A DNA stretch of 64,000 nt from the human T2T-CHM13v2.0 reference genome, Homo sapiens. Position numbers and translations under genes: made by a program. The stretch is from assembly GCA_009914755.4 (NCBI GenBank), contig CP068257.2, positions 41,216,001 through 41,280,000 of the forward strand. The letters are read 5' to 3'. Below, piece after piece: positions 49,814 through 64,000 of this stretch (its first letter is position 1; the number at the start of each line of letters is the position of its first letter). The notes beneath the pieces were generated by a model. It was not told the origin of the DNA, ran no database searches, and saw nothing but the letters and a program-made list of their open reading frames with translations.

Positions 49814-50132
49814 AACAATGATTTTTAAAAGAGCACTTTGTTAAAAAAAAAAAAAAAAAGTTGATTTTTTTTCTCTGTGGAACAAAAAATATTTGCACAC
49901 TCATTAAATTAAAAGTTGTATACTTGACAAGAAAACTGTCTAGATACAATATTTCAGGGAACAGTTAACAAACTTTATTTGCTTAATCTCTTATTGGAGT
50001 ATGTCATACTGCATAGTTCTGTGGGAAAAAAAATTTCAGTAAAACAAATGAGGGATAAATACTCAACAGGAATTAATATGCTATTCTTTTAGGCACCACA
50101 AAATCTATGCGACATGGTTATAAGAAATTACG

Positions 50133-50519
<387 letters not shown>

Positions 50520-51776
50520 TCACCTACCTGAAAGTGTTCCCATGACCCCAGGCACTTACCAACATAAGAATCACCCATTTTCCATACTGAACCTAAACTT
50601 CGGTTTATCCCATCCTCACCCCCTGGCACGTATCTTGTACATATTTATAGCCTTTAAAGCGAGTGCACCAAAAAACTTTCCATATGGAACCGTGGACTTG
50701 TCTTCCAAGTCAGAAACTCCACCAGCCACTAGAATTTCCTCAAAATGCAAAGACTGAAGGTAAGCAAATCATGTCTAATATATCCACAGCTCACTCTGGC
50801 AGATATTAGACCGTGAGTCTCTAAAACAAAATCATCTGGGATATGTGACGGGTTTCTGAGTACAATTTTTGTGAGACCTAACTTAACATCGAATTGGCTT
50901 TCTAAAACCAAACGAACAAAAAATATACAGTATATCTGACAGACACGTCGTCCGTTTCAAATATGAAATCACAAATAACCTGGGAAAGGAAACGAGGGGC
51001 TGAAACTGACAGCACTACTAATTGCTCCGAGAGTCCTGAGTTAGGACTGTTCCATCAACAAACATTTACTAAGTTAAAAATCCCCTGCGTCGTCCTAGCA
51101 CTGGCGATACACTAAGGAAGGAGAATAAAATTACGGAAAGCAAAACCCGAGCCGTGCGAAGGGCCACTAGGGAGGTGCGCACTGCGAGCTCCACGTGCAC
51201 CCTTGGGTTGGGTAAGTGTCGGAGATAACTTGGAGCCCTAAGGAGCAATTAAGGCCAGGTGAGTGGATGCAGGCCGGGAAGAGGGAACAGACAACCCTGC
51301 AAAAAGAGGGAGCGCGCTTGGAGGTCAGTGAGCTCGCAGTGAGTAAGCCCCTCCCTTCTCACCAGGGAGACCCGAGACCCGCTTCTTCCCAGTTCTGCAG
51401 AGCGTGTTCGGCCGGGCCTTGCTGACTGGTCAGCGTCGCCCCACGTGCTCTACCTACCCGGTCCCCGCCGGCGCCGCGGAGACCGGAAGCGACCCGGCGG
51501 CGCTAACCGGGCAAGAACACCGCAGACCAGCCATCTAGTGCAAGGAGCGCGCCGGAGCCGGGGAGCGGACGCCGAGAGCGGACGCCGAAAGCGGACCCTC
51601 CAGGCGCAGAGACGCGGCCAGGCCGAGACTGCGGCGGAGGACTCGTGGGCTGGAGCGGAGTTCCCCGGGGTCACCCCAGAGTGGGTGCGACCAGGCGGTG
51701 CGGGAGAAGCGGGGTCGCCAGGACCCGACGCGCGCCCGCAGCCTGGTCTCCCTGTTCCAAGACCAAGGCCCCCTCA

Positions 51777-52515
<739 letters not shown>

Positions 52516-53305
52516 TGTCCAAGATGTGGTCATGGGTGAGGGTGTCTCGGGTGGCGTCAAGTCTGAGGTCGCTAGAAGTAAGCCTACTGAATCTTTGCAC
52601 TTAGACAAGCCACAGATGCCTTAAAATCTCCGAACTGTAGTGATATTTTCAACCCAAACTATGGTTAGTTTCCAGTGTTCATCCCAAGATCCCCAAAAGC
52701 CTCTTACAATCCCAGCATCAGGCACAAAATCTAGGATCTCACGGTCTGTTTTAGATTGGCTTGTCCGGTGCAGCTCCTCTTGATCCAGAGACTTACAAAC
52801 TAAAAAGATTAATTTTCTCTCCCGTGCACGCAATATATGATGGTGAGCCGGGACCAGATAACCACAATAAATACTTGCATGTGAAAATGAGAAGAGGAGG
52901 AGACACAGTAATCACTGGTCCAAAGCAATTCTGAAATCCTACTGGAAGATGTTTTCAGGCCCTACAAGAATAAGAAGTCTTAACCAGGCCCGAGTTCTGC
53001 TTCCTGGGAGTATCTCCCCAGGCTGTATCTCAGCACAGCTTTTGCCTCTGCCCTCTTGGGTGTCCCTCCTTTTCCAGCACCTTCTTGGCCATGTTGAAGA
53101 ATGTGCCCTTTGAGAAACTTTCTCAACCTCCTTCCTGTCATTAGCAAATTGTGAGCCCACAGACCTTTTTTCACTCTAAACTGTTCTGTCCACATTTTGG
53201 CAGCTGGTGGTGCTTTGTTCACTACAAGTCCCTTAAAAACTTTATGGGCTTCTCAAGAATCTGATTCAGGTGCTCTCCATGCCCAAGAAGCCACTCCCAC
53301 TAGTC

Positions 53306-53578
53306 TTTTTTTTTTTTTTTAGACGGAGTCTCGCTCTGTCGCCCAGGCTGAAGTGCAACCTCCACCTCCCGGGTTCACGCCATTCTCCTGCCTCAGCCTC
53401 CTGAGTAGCTGGGACTACAGGCGCCCGCCACCACGCCTGGCTAATTTTTTGTATTTTTCAGTGGAGACGGGGTTTCACCATGTTAGCCAGGATGTTCTGG
53501 ATCTCCTGACCTTGTGATCCGCCTGCCTCGGCCTCCCAAAGTGCTGGGATTACAGGCGTGAGCCACCGCGCCCAGCCA
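53306..53578 (-). mobile_element. Alu (AluY-like) with small internal deletion, reverse-complement
   Basis: poly(T) agacggagtctcgctctgtcgcccaggctgaagtgcaacctccacctcccgggttcacgccattctcctgcc ... attacaggcgtgagccaccgcgcccagcc. Confidence 0.9.
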
Positions 53579-53761
53579 CTTGTTAACATTTAAATCATTG
53601 AGATCACCTTGACTTCAGCATTATTCTTAAGGCCATATTTTATTAGCGCCACTCTGAATTTGATCTTTGGCCCAGGTTATGACTTACTTTGAGAACTTGT
53701 TACCAACTATTGGGTCTAATAATACTTTCCCCAGCTTCAACCCAAAGTGTGCTCTAAATTC

Positions 53762-53786
53762 TGCTGGCCAGTTTGTTTGTTTGTTT
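53762..53786. repeat. (GTTT)n microsatellite
   Basis: cagtttgtttgtttgtttgtttttaacc. Confidence 0.85.
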
Positions 53787-54144
53787 GTTTTTAACCACAC
53801 TCTTTTCTATAAGTGTCTCAACATATTCAAGCAAAAGAAACACAGGTTAATCTCAACATTATACTGATATGATCTTTTTCAAGTCCCAGAGTTCAGTAGT
53901 TGCCTTTTTCTCTGCCCATCTTACTGAAGGGCAACAATTTTACAAATCCTTCACCATGACATAGTTGTTCACCATTTGTCCACCTCCCGTAGTTTTCCTC
54001 ACCATTGTTCCAGTGTTCACTACCAGTTTCCCCACTGCTTTTCCAGACTTCTAGTCCAAAGCTAATGCCACATGTTACAGTAGCACCTACTGCTAGGTAC
54101 AAATGTCTGTAGCATGCATATCTTCCTTGTAGTCCTAGATATAG

Positions 54145-54565
<421 letters not shown>

Positions 54566-54647
54566 AACTATGGCCATTTTTATAAATCATTGATTACATT
54601 AGCCTAGAGTGAGTGTGGGCTTTCTTTTTCAATTAAGAAACTTATGG

Positions 54648-54950
54648 ATTGGCCGGGTGCAGTGGCTCACACCTGTAATCCCAACACTTTAGGAGGCCAA
54701 GGCGAGCAGATCACCTGAGGTCAGGAGTTTGAGACCAGCCTGGCCAACACGGTGAAACCCCATCTCTACTAAAAATACAAAAATTAGCTGGGCTTGGTGG
54801 CATGCACCTGTAATCCCAGCTACTCAGAAGGCTGAGGCAGGAGAATCACTAGAACCCAGGAGGTGGAGGTTACAGTGAGCCAAGATCACCCATTGCACTC
54901 CAGCCTGGGCAACAAGGGTGAAACTCCATCTCAGAAAAAAGAAAAAAAAA
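54648..54950 (+). mobile_element. Alu, forward
   Basis: ggccgggtgcagtggctcacacctgtaatcccaacactttaggaggccaaggcgagcagatcacctgaggtc ... aaactccatctcagaaaaaagaaaaaaaaaa. Confidence 0.9.
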
Positions 54951-55050
54951 ACTTATGGATTGTTGTGTTGTATTTCTAGTCCTGTCCTGAGCAAAAGGTA
55001 TTAGGAACCTGAGAATCCTTCCATTAGCACAATAGAAAAATGGGCAAAAA

Positions 55051-55655
<605 letters not shown>

Positions 55656-55829
55656 AAAAAAAGAAAAATGGGCAAGAAGTTACCCTTTTTTTTTTTTTTT
55701 TACAAACTGGCAAGACGACATAAGCATTGTCTTATGGTCCTTGAGTTAAAAAAAAAATTGTGTAAAAACAAAAATGGACAAAGACCCATTAATTTCATGG
55801 TGGTTGTAGTGGGTTGAAAGGTGGCCCCC

Positions 55830-56222
55830 TAAAATGTATGTCCACCCCTGGAAACTGGGGATGTGACCTTTTTTGGGGAAAGGGTCTTTTCTAATGTGAT
55901 TAAGTTAAGGATTGCAAAATGAGAGCATCCTGGATTTGGGTGGACCCTAAATCGAATGTTATGTGTACTGAGAAGAGAAGGGAGAAGACAGAGGAGAATG
56001 CCAGATGAAGACAGAAACAGAGATTGAAGTTATGTGGCCATAATTCAAGGATTGCTGGCAACACCAGAAGCCAAGAGAAAGATGAGGAAGAATTCTCCCC
56101 TAGACCTTTCAGAAGGAGCGTGGCCCAGCCAACACCCTGACTTCAGACTTCTGGCCTCCAGAACTGTGAGAATAAATTCTTACTGTTGTAATCCACCTGA
56201 TATGTGGTAATGTGTACATTTC
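55830..56222. mobile_element. non-Alu interspersed repeat (family recognised by sight but not named; LTR- or DNA-transposon-derived)
   Basis: ...gtccacccctggaaactggggatgtgaccttttttggggaaagggtcttttctaatgtgattaagttaaggat...cctggatttgggtggaccctaaatc...cttcagacttctggcctccagaactgtgagaataaattcttactgttgtaatccacctgatatgtggtaat...: this ...ccagaactgtgagaaataaat...tgtggtaat... ending is a recurrent human repeat terminus. Confidence 0.35.
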
Positions 56223-56224
56223 AG

Positions 56225-56650
56225 TGGGTTTTAGTATATATACAGAATTGTGCATCCATCACCACAATTTTAGAACATTTTCATCACCCACAAAATAAAT
56301 CTTAAACCCAGTAGCAGTCACTCCCCCTTTCACCCTCCCCATAAACCCCTGGTAACCATTAATCTACTTTGTTTTATGGATTTTGCTAGTCTGGACATTT
56401 CATATAATCTGGCTTCTGTCACTGAATATTAGGTTTCCAAGGTTCATGGATACTGTAGCATGTATCAGTACTTCACTGCTTTTCATGGCCGAATAATATT
56501 CCACTGAATGCATATATCACATATATCACATTTTGTTTATCTGCTCATTGGTTGATAGGCAGTTTGGGATTTCCCACCTTTTGGCTATAATGAATAATGG
56601 TGTTGTGAACATTCCACTGGGAATGGAATTGTTGAGTCATATGGTAACAT
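56225..56650 (-). mobile_element. old L1 (L1M/L1PB-like) 3' UTR plus ORF2 3' end, antisense
   Basis: ggttttagtatatatacagaattgtgcatccatcaccacaattttagaacattttcatcacccacaaaa...cccctggtaaccattaatctac...catggccgaataatattccactgaatgcatatatcacatatatcacattttgtttatctgctcattggttgataggcagtttgggatttcc...tataatgaataatggtgttgtgaacattc = rc of L1 3' end. Confidence 0.85.
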
Positions 56651-56745
56651 TTAAACTTTTCAGGAACTGGCCAGGTGTGGTGGATTGAACCTGGGAGGTA
56701 GAGGTTGCAATGAGCTGAGATTGCGCCACTGCACTCCAGCCTGGG
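56651..56745 (+). mobile_element. rearranged Alu fragments
   Basis: ggccaggtgtggtggattgaacctgggaggtagaggttgcaatgagctgagattgcgccactgcactccagcctgggtgatgg. Confidence 0.7.
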
Positions 56746-57066
<321 letters not shown>

Positions 57067-57149
57067 CTACAGCACTTTATAGTCCCACCAGCACTACATT
57101 GTGGTTCCAGTTTCTCCACATCCTCACCATCACTTGTTATTATGTCTTT

Positions 57150-57443
57150 TTTGTTTGTTTTTTTCCGACAGAGTCTCACTGTGTCCCCCAGGCTGAAGTG
57201 CAATGGCGCAATCCAGCTCACTGCAACCTCCCTCTCTGAGCTTCAAGTGATTCTCCTGCCTCAGCCTCCCAAGTAGCTGGGATTATAGGCACATGCCACC
57301 ACACCCAGCTAATTTTTGTATTTTTGATAGAGACGGGGTTTCACCATGTTGGCCAGGCTGGTCTCGAATGCCTGACTTCAAGTGATCCGCCCGCCTTGGC
57401 TTCCCAAATTGCTGGGATTACAGGCGTGAACCAACGCATCTGG
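57150..57443 (-). mobile_element. Alu, reverse-complement
   Basis: ttttgtttgtttttttccgacagagtctcactgtgtcccccaggctgaagtgcaatggcgcaatccagctcactgcaacc ... attacaggcgtgaaccaacgcatctggac. Confidence 0.9.
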
Positions 57444-57699
57444 ACACATATTATGTTTCTAAATAGGTGTGGGTCTCTCATTGAACTGTTATATTCTACT
57501 GTCAAATTGTCTCTCCATGAATAAATACCACACAGACCTAATTACCCTAGCAGCGTATTAAGATGTAATATCTTCTAGGGCAAGTCTTCACCCTTTTTTC
57601 CTCACATTTTCCCCCTTCTCCTCCTCTCTTCTTCCTCCTCCAAGAAAGCCTTGGGTATTCATAGCCCTTTATTACTTCCATATAAATGTTATAATTAGG

Positions 57700-58073
<374 letters not shown>

Positions 58074-58092
58074 TTATATATATTAAATCTGT

Positions 58093-58683
<591 letters not shown>

Positions 58684-59374
58684 TGATTTATTAATGTCTT
58701 ACAATAATATATTATCATCTTATTCAGAAAGCGTATGCACAAAATTTTAAATTTTATTTTTAGCAAAAAATAGGCGATTTTGCTAGTGTACATGGGATCC
58801 TTTTAAAATTTTGTGTTTGTTGTTGGTGTCTAGAAATACAATTGACTTTTGTAAATTGTTCACACGTCCAGCAGTTTTGCTGAATTCTTGAATTCATTTC
58901 AATGATGTTTCTAGATGTTCCATGGGCTTTGCTAGCAAACACTGCCAGTTTGCCCAGCACTTTGCCAGCGTAAGGCCTGTGCCCCCAGATATATTCCCAG
59001 CCTTTTGGGGAGGAGCGGGGAGCCCCTGCAGGCTGTGCTTCTCAGCCTTTGGGTCATTGCCCGCCGAGCTTTACATTTGTTTACATTTCTTTTTAATGCT
59101 AATGGTATCATGTGTGGTCTGTAAGTGTCTATATGTGTAGTTTTAATAAGTCTTAACTTTTTATAAACCAGCAGCCTCCTGGCCGGGGATAGCCAATAGC
59201 CCCAGCCCACTGAAAGCCTGGTGAGCAGAAAGGGAAGAGAAACAAGGGTGTTCATTCACTGGTAGGATGTGTTTCCTGAACGGCTCCTGCTCCTGCTGGA
59301 CAAGCCCACAGAGGGCCCAGCTTCCAACAGGTGAGCCTTCATGCCCCACCACTACTTTTTATTTGATTTGATTT

Positions 59375-59812
<438 letters not shown>

Positions 59813-60090
59813 GCCTCTACTTGTTACTGCAATATGCAATTTGGAGCGACTTAACTGCTCACGAGGAAATGTCTCGTGTCACACGGCATTTTAAGTAGAT
59901 ACTTAGAGCACTTGAGCTCACCACAGTAGCAACAGGAGGTGGTTGTGAAAGATTCCAGTAGTGAGGTATGTGCTAACATTAGTTTTATGCAGTTGTGATT
60001 GAATACTGCATCTTTACATTTACGTTTCTCTCAACTGTGAATGCTGCCATGTGTGGTCTCTGTTTCTGTATAAAAGTTTTAATAAATTTA

Positions 60091-60322
60091 CCAGCCTGGC
60101 CAACATGGTGAAACCCTGTCTCTACTAAAAATACAAAACTTAGCCGGGCGTGGTGGCGTGTGCCTGTAATCCGAGTTACTCGGGAGGCTGAGGCAGAATT
60201 GCTTGAGCCCGGGTAGCAGAGGTTGCAGTGAGTGAGCCAAGATCGTGCTACTGCACTCCAGCCTGAGTGACAAAGCAAGACTCCGTGTCAAAAAAAAAAC
60301 AAAAACAAAAACAAAAAAAGTT
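60091..60322 (+). mobile_element. Alu, 5'-truncated, forward; tail (AAAAC)n
   Basis: taccagcctggccaacatggtgaaaccctgtctctactaaaaatacaaaacttagccgggcgtggtggcgtgtgcctgtaatcc ... gactccgtgtcaaaaaaaaaacaaaaacaaaaacaaaaaaa. Confidence 0.85.
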
Positions 60323-60644
60323 TTTATAAATTTTAATATTTTATCATCAATTTGAGTATATTTTAGGTAGTAAATGATAAAATTAGTATCTACATATATT
60401 TTATGCATTCATGACATACCATTTTCTTAATTTTTCAGTATTTCTAGGCTATGTGGTTCATCCTAGTTTTGACAAATTATTTCATTCCTACAAAAAATTT
60501 TTCAATATATTTGTTGAAAAAAGCTACATATAAGTGGACCCACATAGCTCAAACCCACCTATGCCCTACAAGTGTCAACTGAGCGAACATAGATAGATAC
60601 ATAGAGAGCTAGATATAGATATAAGTATCTATATTATGAATATC

Positions 60645-60955
60645 AGCCAGGCACAGTGGCTCACCCCTGTAATCTCAGCACTTTGGGAGGCCAAGGCCGG
60701 TGTACTACTTGAGCTCAACAGTTCCAGACCAGCCTAGGCAACATGGTGAAACCCTGTCTCTACAAAAAATACAAAAATTAGCCAGGTGTGGTACTGTGCA
60801 CCTGTAGTCCCAGCTACTTGAGAGGCTGAAGTAGGAGAATCACCTGAGCCTGAGAAAGTCAAGGATGCAGTGAGCCGAGATAGAGCCACTGCACTCCAGC
60901 CTGGGTGACAGAGTGAGAACCTGTCTCCAATAAATAAATAAATCAATAAATATCA
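60645..60955 (+). mobile_element. Alu, forward; tail (AAAT)n
   Basis: agccaggcacagtggctcacccctgtaatctcagcactttgggaggccaaggccggtgtactacttgagctc ... gagaacctgtctccaataaataaataaatcaataaata. Confidence 0.9.
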
Positions 60956-61069
60956 TACATATGTGTTTCCTATTGGTTTTTTTTTTTCTGGAAAACCCTA
61001 TCTATCACACTGGCCAAATTTTGAAGTATTTGAGCTCACAATAAATATACAGTATAAAGGTTTATAATT

Positions 61070-61411
<342 letters not shown>

Positions 61412-61445
61412 TAGGGTTCAATCTATATATATATAGATTGAAATT

Positions 61446-61652
61446 GTTCAAGCAATTCTCCTGCCTCAGCCTCCCGAGTAGCTGAGATTACAGGTATATG
61501 CCACCATGCCCAGCTAATTTTTGTATTTTTAGTAGAGACGGGGTTTCACCATGTTGGCCAGGCTGGTCTCAAACTCCTGACCTCAGAAGATCCGCCAACC
61601 TCGGCCTCCCAAAGTGCTGCGATTACAGACTTGAGCCACTGCGCCTGGCCAA
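61446..61652 (-). mobile_element. Alu, 3'-truncated, reverse-complement; preceded by a (TA)n palindrome caatctatatatatatagattg
   Basis: ttcaagcaattctcctgcctcagcctcccgagtagctgagattacaggtatatgccaccatgcccagctaatttttgtatttttagtagagacggggtttcacc ... attacagacttgagccactgcgcctggcc. Confidence 0.85.
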
Positions 61653-62116
61653 TTTTTGGTTTTTTAAAACTTGAGATGTCCTGAAACACAGGAAGTATAT
61701 GTGTTTTTTAACTTCAAACTTAAGTAAGAATAGGCCTTGAGACATTTTTCCCCACTCAAAACCCAGGCTGGCTCTACACATTTCCTTGCTAGCAGATTGC
61801 TTTGCCCAGGGTCACCCATCACTGACATGTAGCCCTGCAAGGGTGGCAACTTCCTCTGGCGATTTCCAGCCCACTCCCAAGTGTTCTAGCCCCAAGGTCT
61901 CATGTTCTCTGAAGTCTGTTACACCAGAGCTCTGGCTGCTGAGACCAGTGCATGCTTCCAGGGTGGCACTGCTGCCTGTGATTTCTTGCTACTTCTCTGT
62001 TTTTTTGGATCCCTAGAGATATCCTTTACTTGATTATATGGTCATTTGAAATTATGCCTGTAACCTTTTACCCAGAATTACTACATGATTTGGAGCCCAA
62101 GGGTTTTCCATAACTT

Positions 62117-62226
62117 TTTTTCTTTTTAATTCGAGAAGGAGTTTCGTTCTGCTGCCCAGTCTGGAGTGCATTGGCACCATCTCAGCTCACTGCAACCTCG
62201 GCCTCCTGGGTTCACAGCTCCCGGCC
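62117..62226 (-). mobile_element. Alu fragment, reverse-complement
   Basis: tttttctttttaattcgagaaggagtttcgttctgctgcccagtctggagtgcattggcaccatctcagctcactgcaacctcggcctcctgggttcac. Confidence 0.75.
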
Positions 62227-62293
62227 AGTTTTCCATAATATCTAGTGACCAAATATTGCCAGAAATAGAACTTATTACTTGTGTTTTAAAACA

Positions 62294-62450
62294 CAATTTT
62301 AGGCCCACGTGCAATGGCTTGTGCCTGTAACCTAGTGCTTTAGGAGGCCGAGGTGGGAAGATTGCTTGAGCCCTGGAGTTTGAAACTGTAGTGAGCTATA
62401 ACCAAGCCACTGCACTCCAGCCTGGGTGACAGAGTAAGAACCTAAAAGAA
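62294..62450 (+). mobile_element. old Alu with deletion, forward
   Basis: ggcccacgtgcaatggcttgtgcctgtaacctagtgctttaggaggccgaggtgggaagattgcttgagccctggagtttgaaactgtagtgagctataaccaagccactgcactccagcctgggtgacagagtaagaacc. Confidence 0.8.
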
Positions 62451-62620
62451 AAAAAAATATATATTATATATACCAGAATACAGAGCTGAGGCATGCATGC
62501 GAATGGTGTGATATTTGAGTATTTTTATTTTCCTCTTTGGCCCAAACACCTTGGAGTTAAATGTTCAGAGTATGGATCCAAGTGATCCTGTTGTAATCCA
62601 GTTATCCTAAAAAGAAGTTC

Positions 62621-62912
62621 AGCCAGGCACGGTGGCTCACGACTGTAAATCCCAGCACTTTAGGAGGCCGAGGTGGGGGATCACAAGGTCAAGAGTTCGA
62701 GACCAGCTTGACCAACATGGTGAAACCCTGTCTCTACTAAAAATACAAAAAAATTAGCTGGGCATGGTGGCACACGCCTGTAATCCCAGCTACGCGGGAG
62801 GTTGAATCAGAAGAATCTCTTGAACCCAGGAGGCGGAGGTTTCAGTGAGCCAAGATCGCGCCACTGCACTCCAGCCTGGGCAGCAGGGCGAGACTCCGTC
62901 TCAAAAAAAAGA
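62621..62912 (+). mobile_element. Alu, forward
   Basis: agccaggcacggtggctcacgactgtaaatcccagcactttaggaggccgaggtgggggatcacaaggtc ... gcgagactccgtctcaaaaaaaa. Confidence 0.9.
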
Positions 62913-63410
62913 AGTTTAACTGACCCTTGGGAGACACAAGGGGGAGCCTCTAGTAGTTCAGGTAGAACTTTGTGTGATCTACAAAGAAAGGAATATAAAC
63001 AAACATACACTTTTAAGGTTTTGTGTTAAAATGCTGGGTACTACTTGCTAGAGCTACAGGCAGAGTTGATGGTGCCCACAGAAAGACTCTGGGCAGAGAG
63101 TTAACTGGAGGAACAGCCTCTGCTGTCGGAAAAATCTAGTCTACTATTTTCTAGCTGATTGGAAAATACAATAATGTATTTGTCTGGCCTCTGCTTTTTT
63201 TATTTTAATGCAGCACCTTATATTTGCTTCTTGCACTTGGCCCTGTCCTTTCTCTTTGGCCAAACACAGTTTAGGCCACAGTTACCTCCCAACCAGGCTG
63301 CATAGGCTTCCCAGCCTTCCTACTCCCTCTAGTCTTAGGCACTGGCCTCACACATGGTTGCCCTAGTTACCTTTCGAGGCCCTAATCACTTCCTTCAAAA
63401 ACCATCAAGA

Positions 63411-63715
63411 TGGCTAAGCATAGTGGCTCATGGCTGTAATCCCAGCACTTTGGGAGGCCGATGCAGGCAGATCACTTGAGGTCAAGAGTTACAAACCAGC
63501 CTGACCAACATGGTGAAACACTATCTCTACTAAAAATACAAAAATTAGATGGGCATGGTGGCGGCGCCTGTAATCCCAGCTACTGGGGAGGCTGAGGCAA
63601 GAGAATCACTTGAACCCAGGAGGCGGAGGTTGCAGTAAGCCGAGATTGCCCCTGCGCCACTGCACTCTAGCCTGGGCAACAGAGTGAGATTCTGTCTCAA
63701 AAAAAAAAAAAAAAT
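63411..63715 (+). mobile_element. Alu, forward
   Basis: ggctaagcatagtggctcatggctgtaatcccagcactttgggaggccgatgcaggcagatcacttgaggtc ... gagattctgtctcaaaaaaaaaaaaaaa. Confidence 0.9.
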
Positions 63716-64000
63716 CAAGATGGTTCATGCCCCCTCAACCATAGGTACCCCACCTTTACCAACCTGGCCGGTGACCATGCCAGAGGAGGTCTTTTCTTTT
63801 TGTTTCTTCTTGAGTGTTGCAACTCCAGCAAGATGTCAACATCTGCCGCATGTGCCCGCTGGTGGTGGTGTGGAAGTGGGGAGCTCCAGGTCCATGAAGG
63901 AGGGTGACGTGGATCTTCCAATTCCAGATCAGGATCCCCAAATTTGTTACTAAGCTGTGAATTATTAAGCACACCTCACAAAGGCGAGCATGACCTTTTC

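Overview
This window is human (Homo sapiens) genomic DNA: an Alu-dense locus containing the complete coding gene WDR4, the METTL1-partner tRNA m7G methyltransferase subunit. I recall this gene at chr21q22.3; there is no prokaryotic architecture here (no operons, no Shine-Dalgarno-led genes, no CRISPR array). WDR4 lies on the minus strand: 11 coding exons, ATG at 51866 and stop at 22411-22413, all introns GT-AG, translation 412 aa. Exon 1 sits in a CpG-island promoter (about 51150-52120). The 3' UTR runs down from 22410 into a GC-rich minisatellite (VNTR) of roughly 36-bp units at 20860-21580. Its true end is not resolved; the nearest minus-strand poly(A) signals are at 20223-20283. The remainder is non-coding and repeat-rich. 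It holds about 85 Alu copies, including two young Alus nested inside older Alus. It also holds two antisense L1 3' ends (24-1985 and 56225-56650), a solo HERV9/LTR12 LTR (46428-47513) nested in an Alu in WDR4 intron 2, a 59-bp G-rich minisatellite (12501-12700), a 1-kb GT-rich cryptic repeat (12780-13790), and several microsatellites. The first ~22 kb, downstream of WDR4, and the last ~12 kb, upstream of its promoter, carry no gene I can recognise. From memory of the locus NDUFV3 should begin just past the window end, but I see no NDUFV3 exon here. Most long ORFs in the six-frame track are artefacts of Alu, GC-rich or repeat sequence. Coordinates of repeat boundaries are approximate (+/-10 nt). 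Exon boundaries were set from the splice motifs and anchored on the ORF-track frames; they could be off by 1 nt where my reading of a sequence line slipped (exon 9 start especially).
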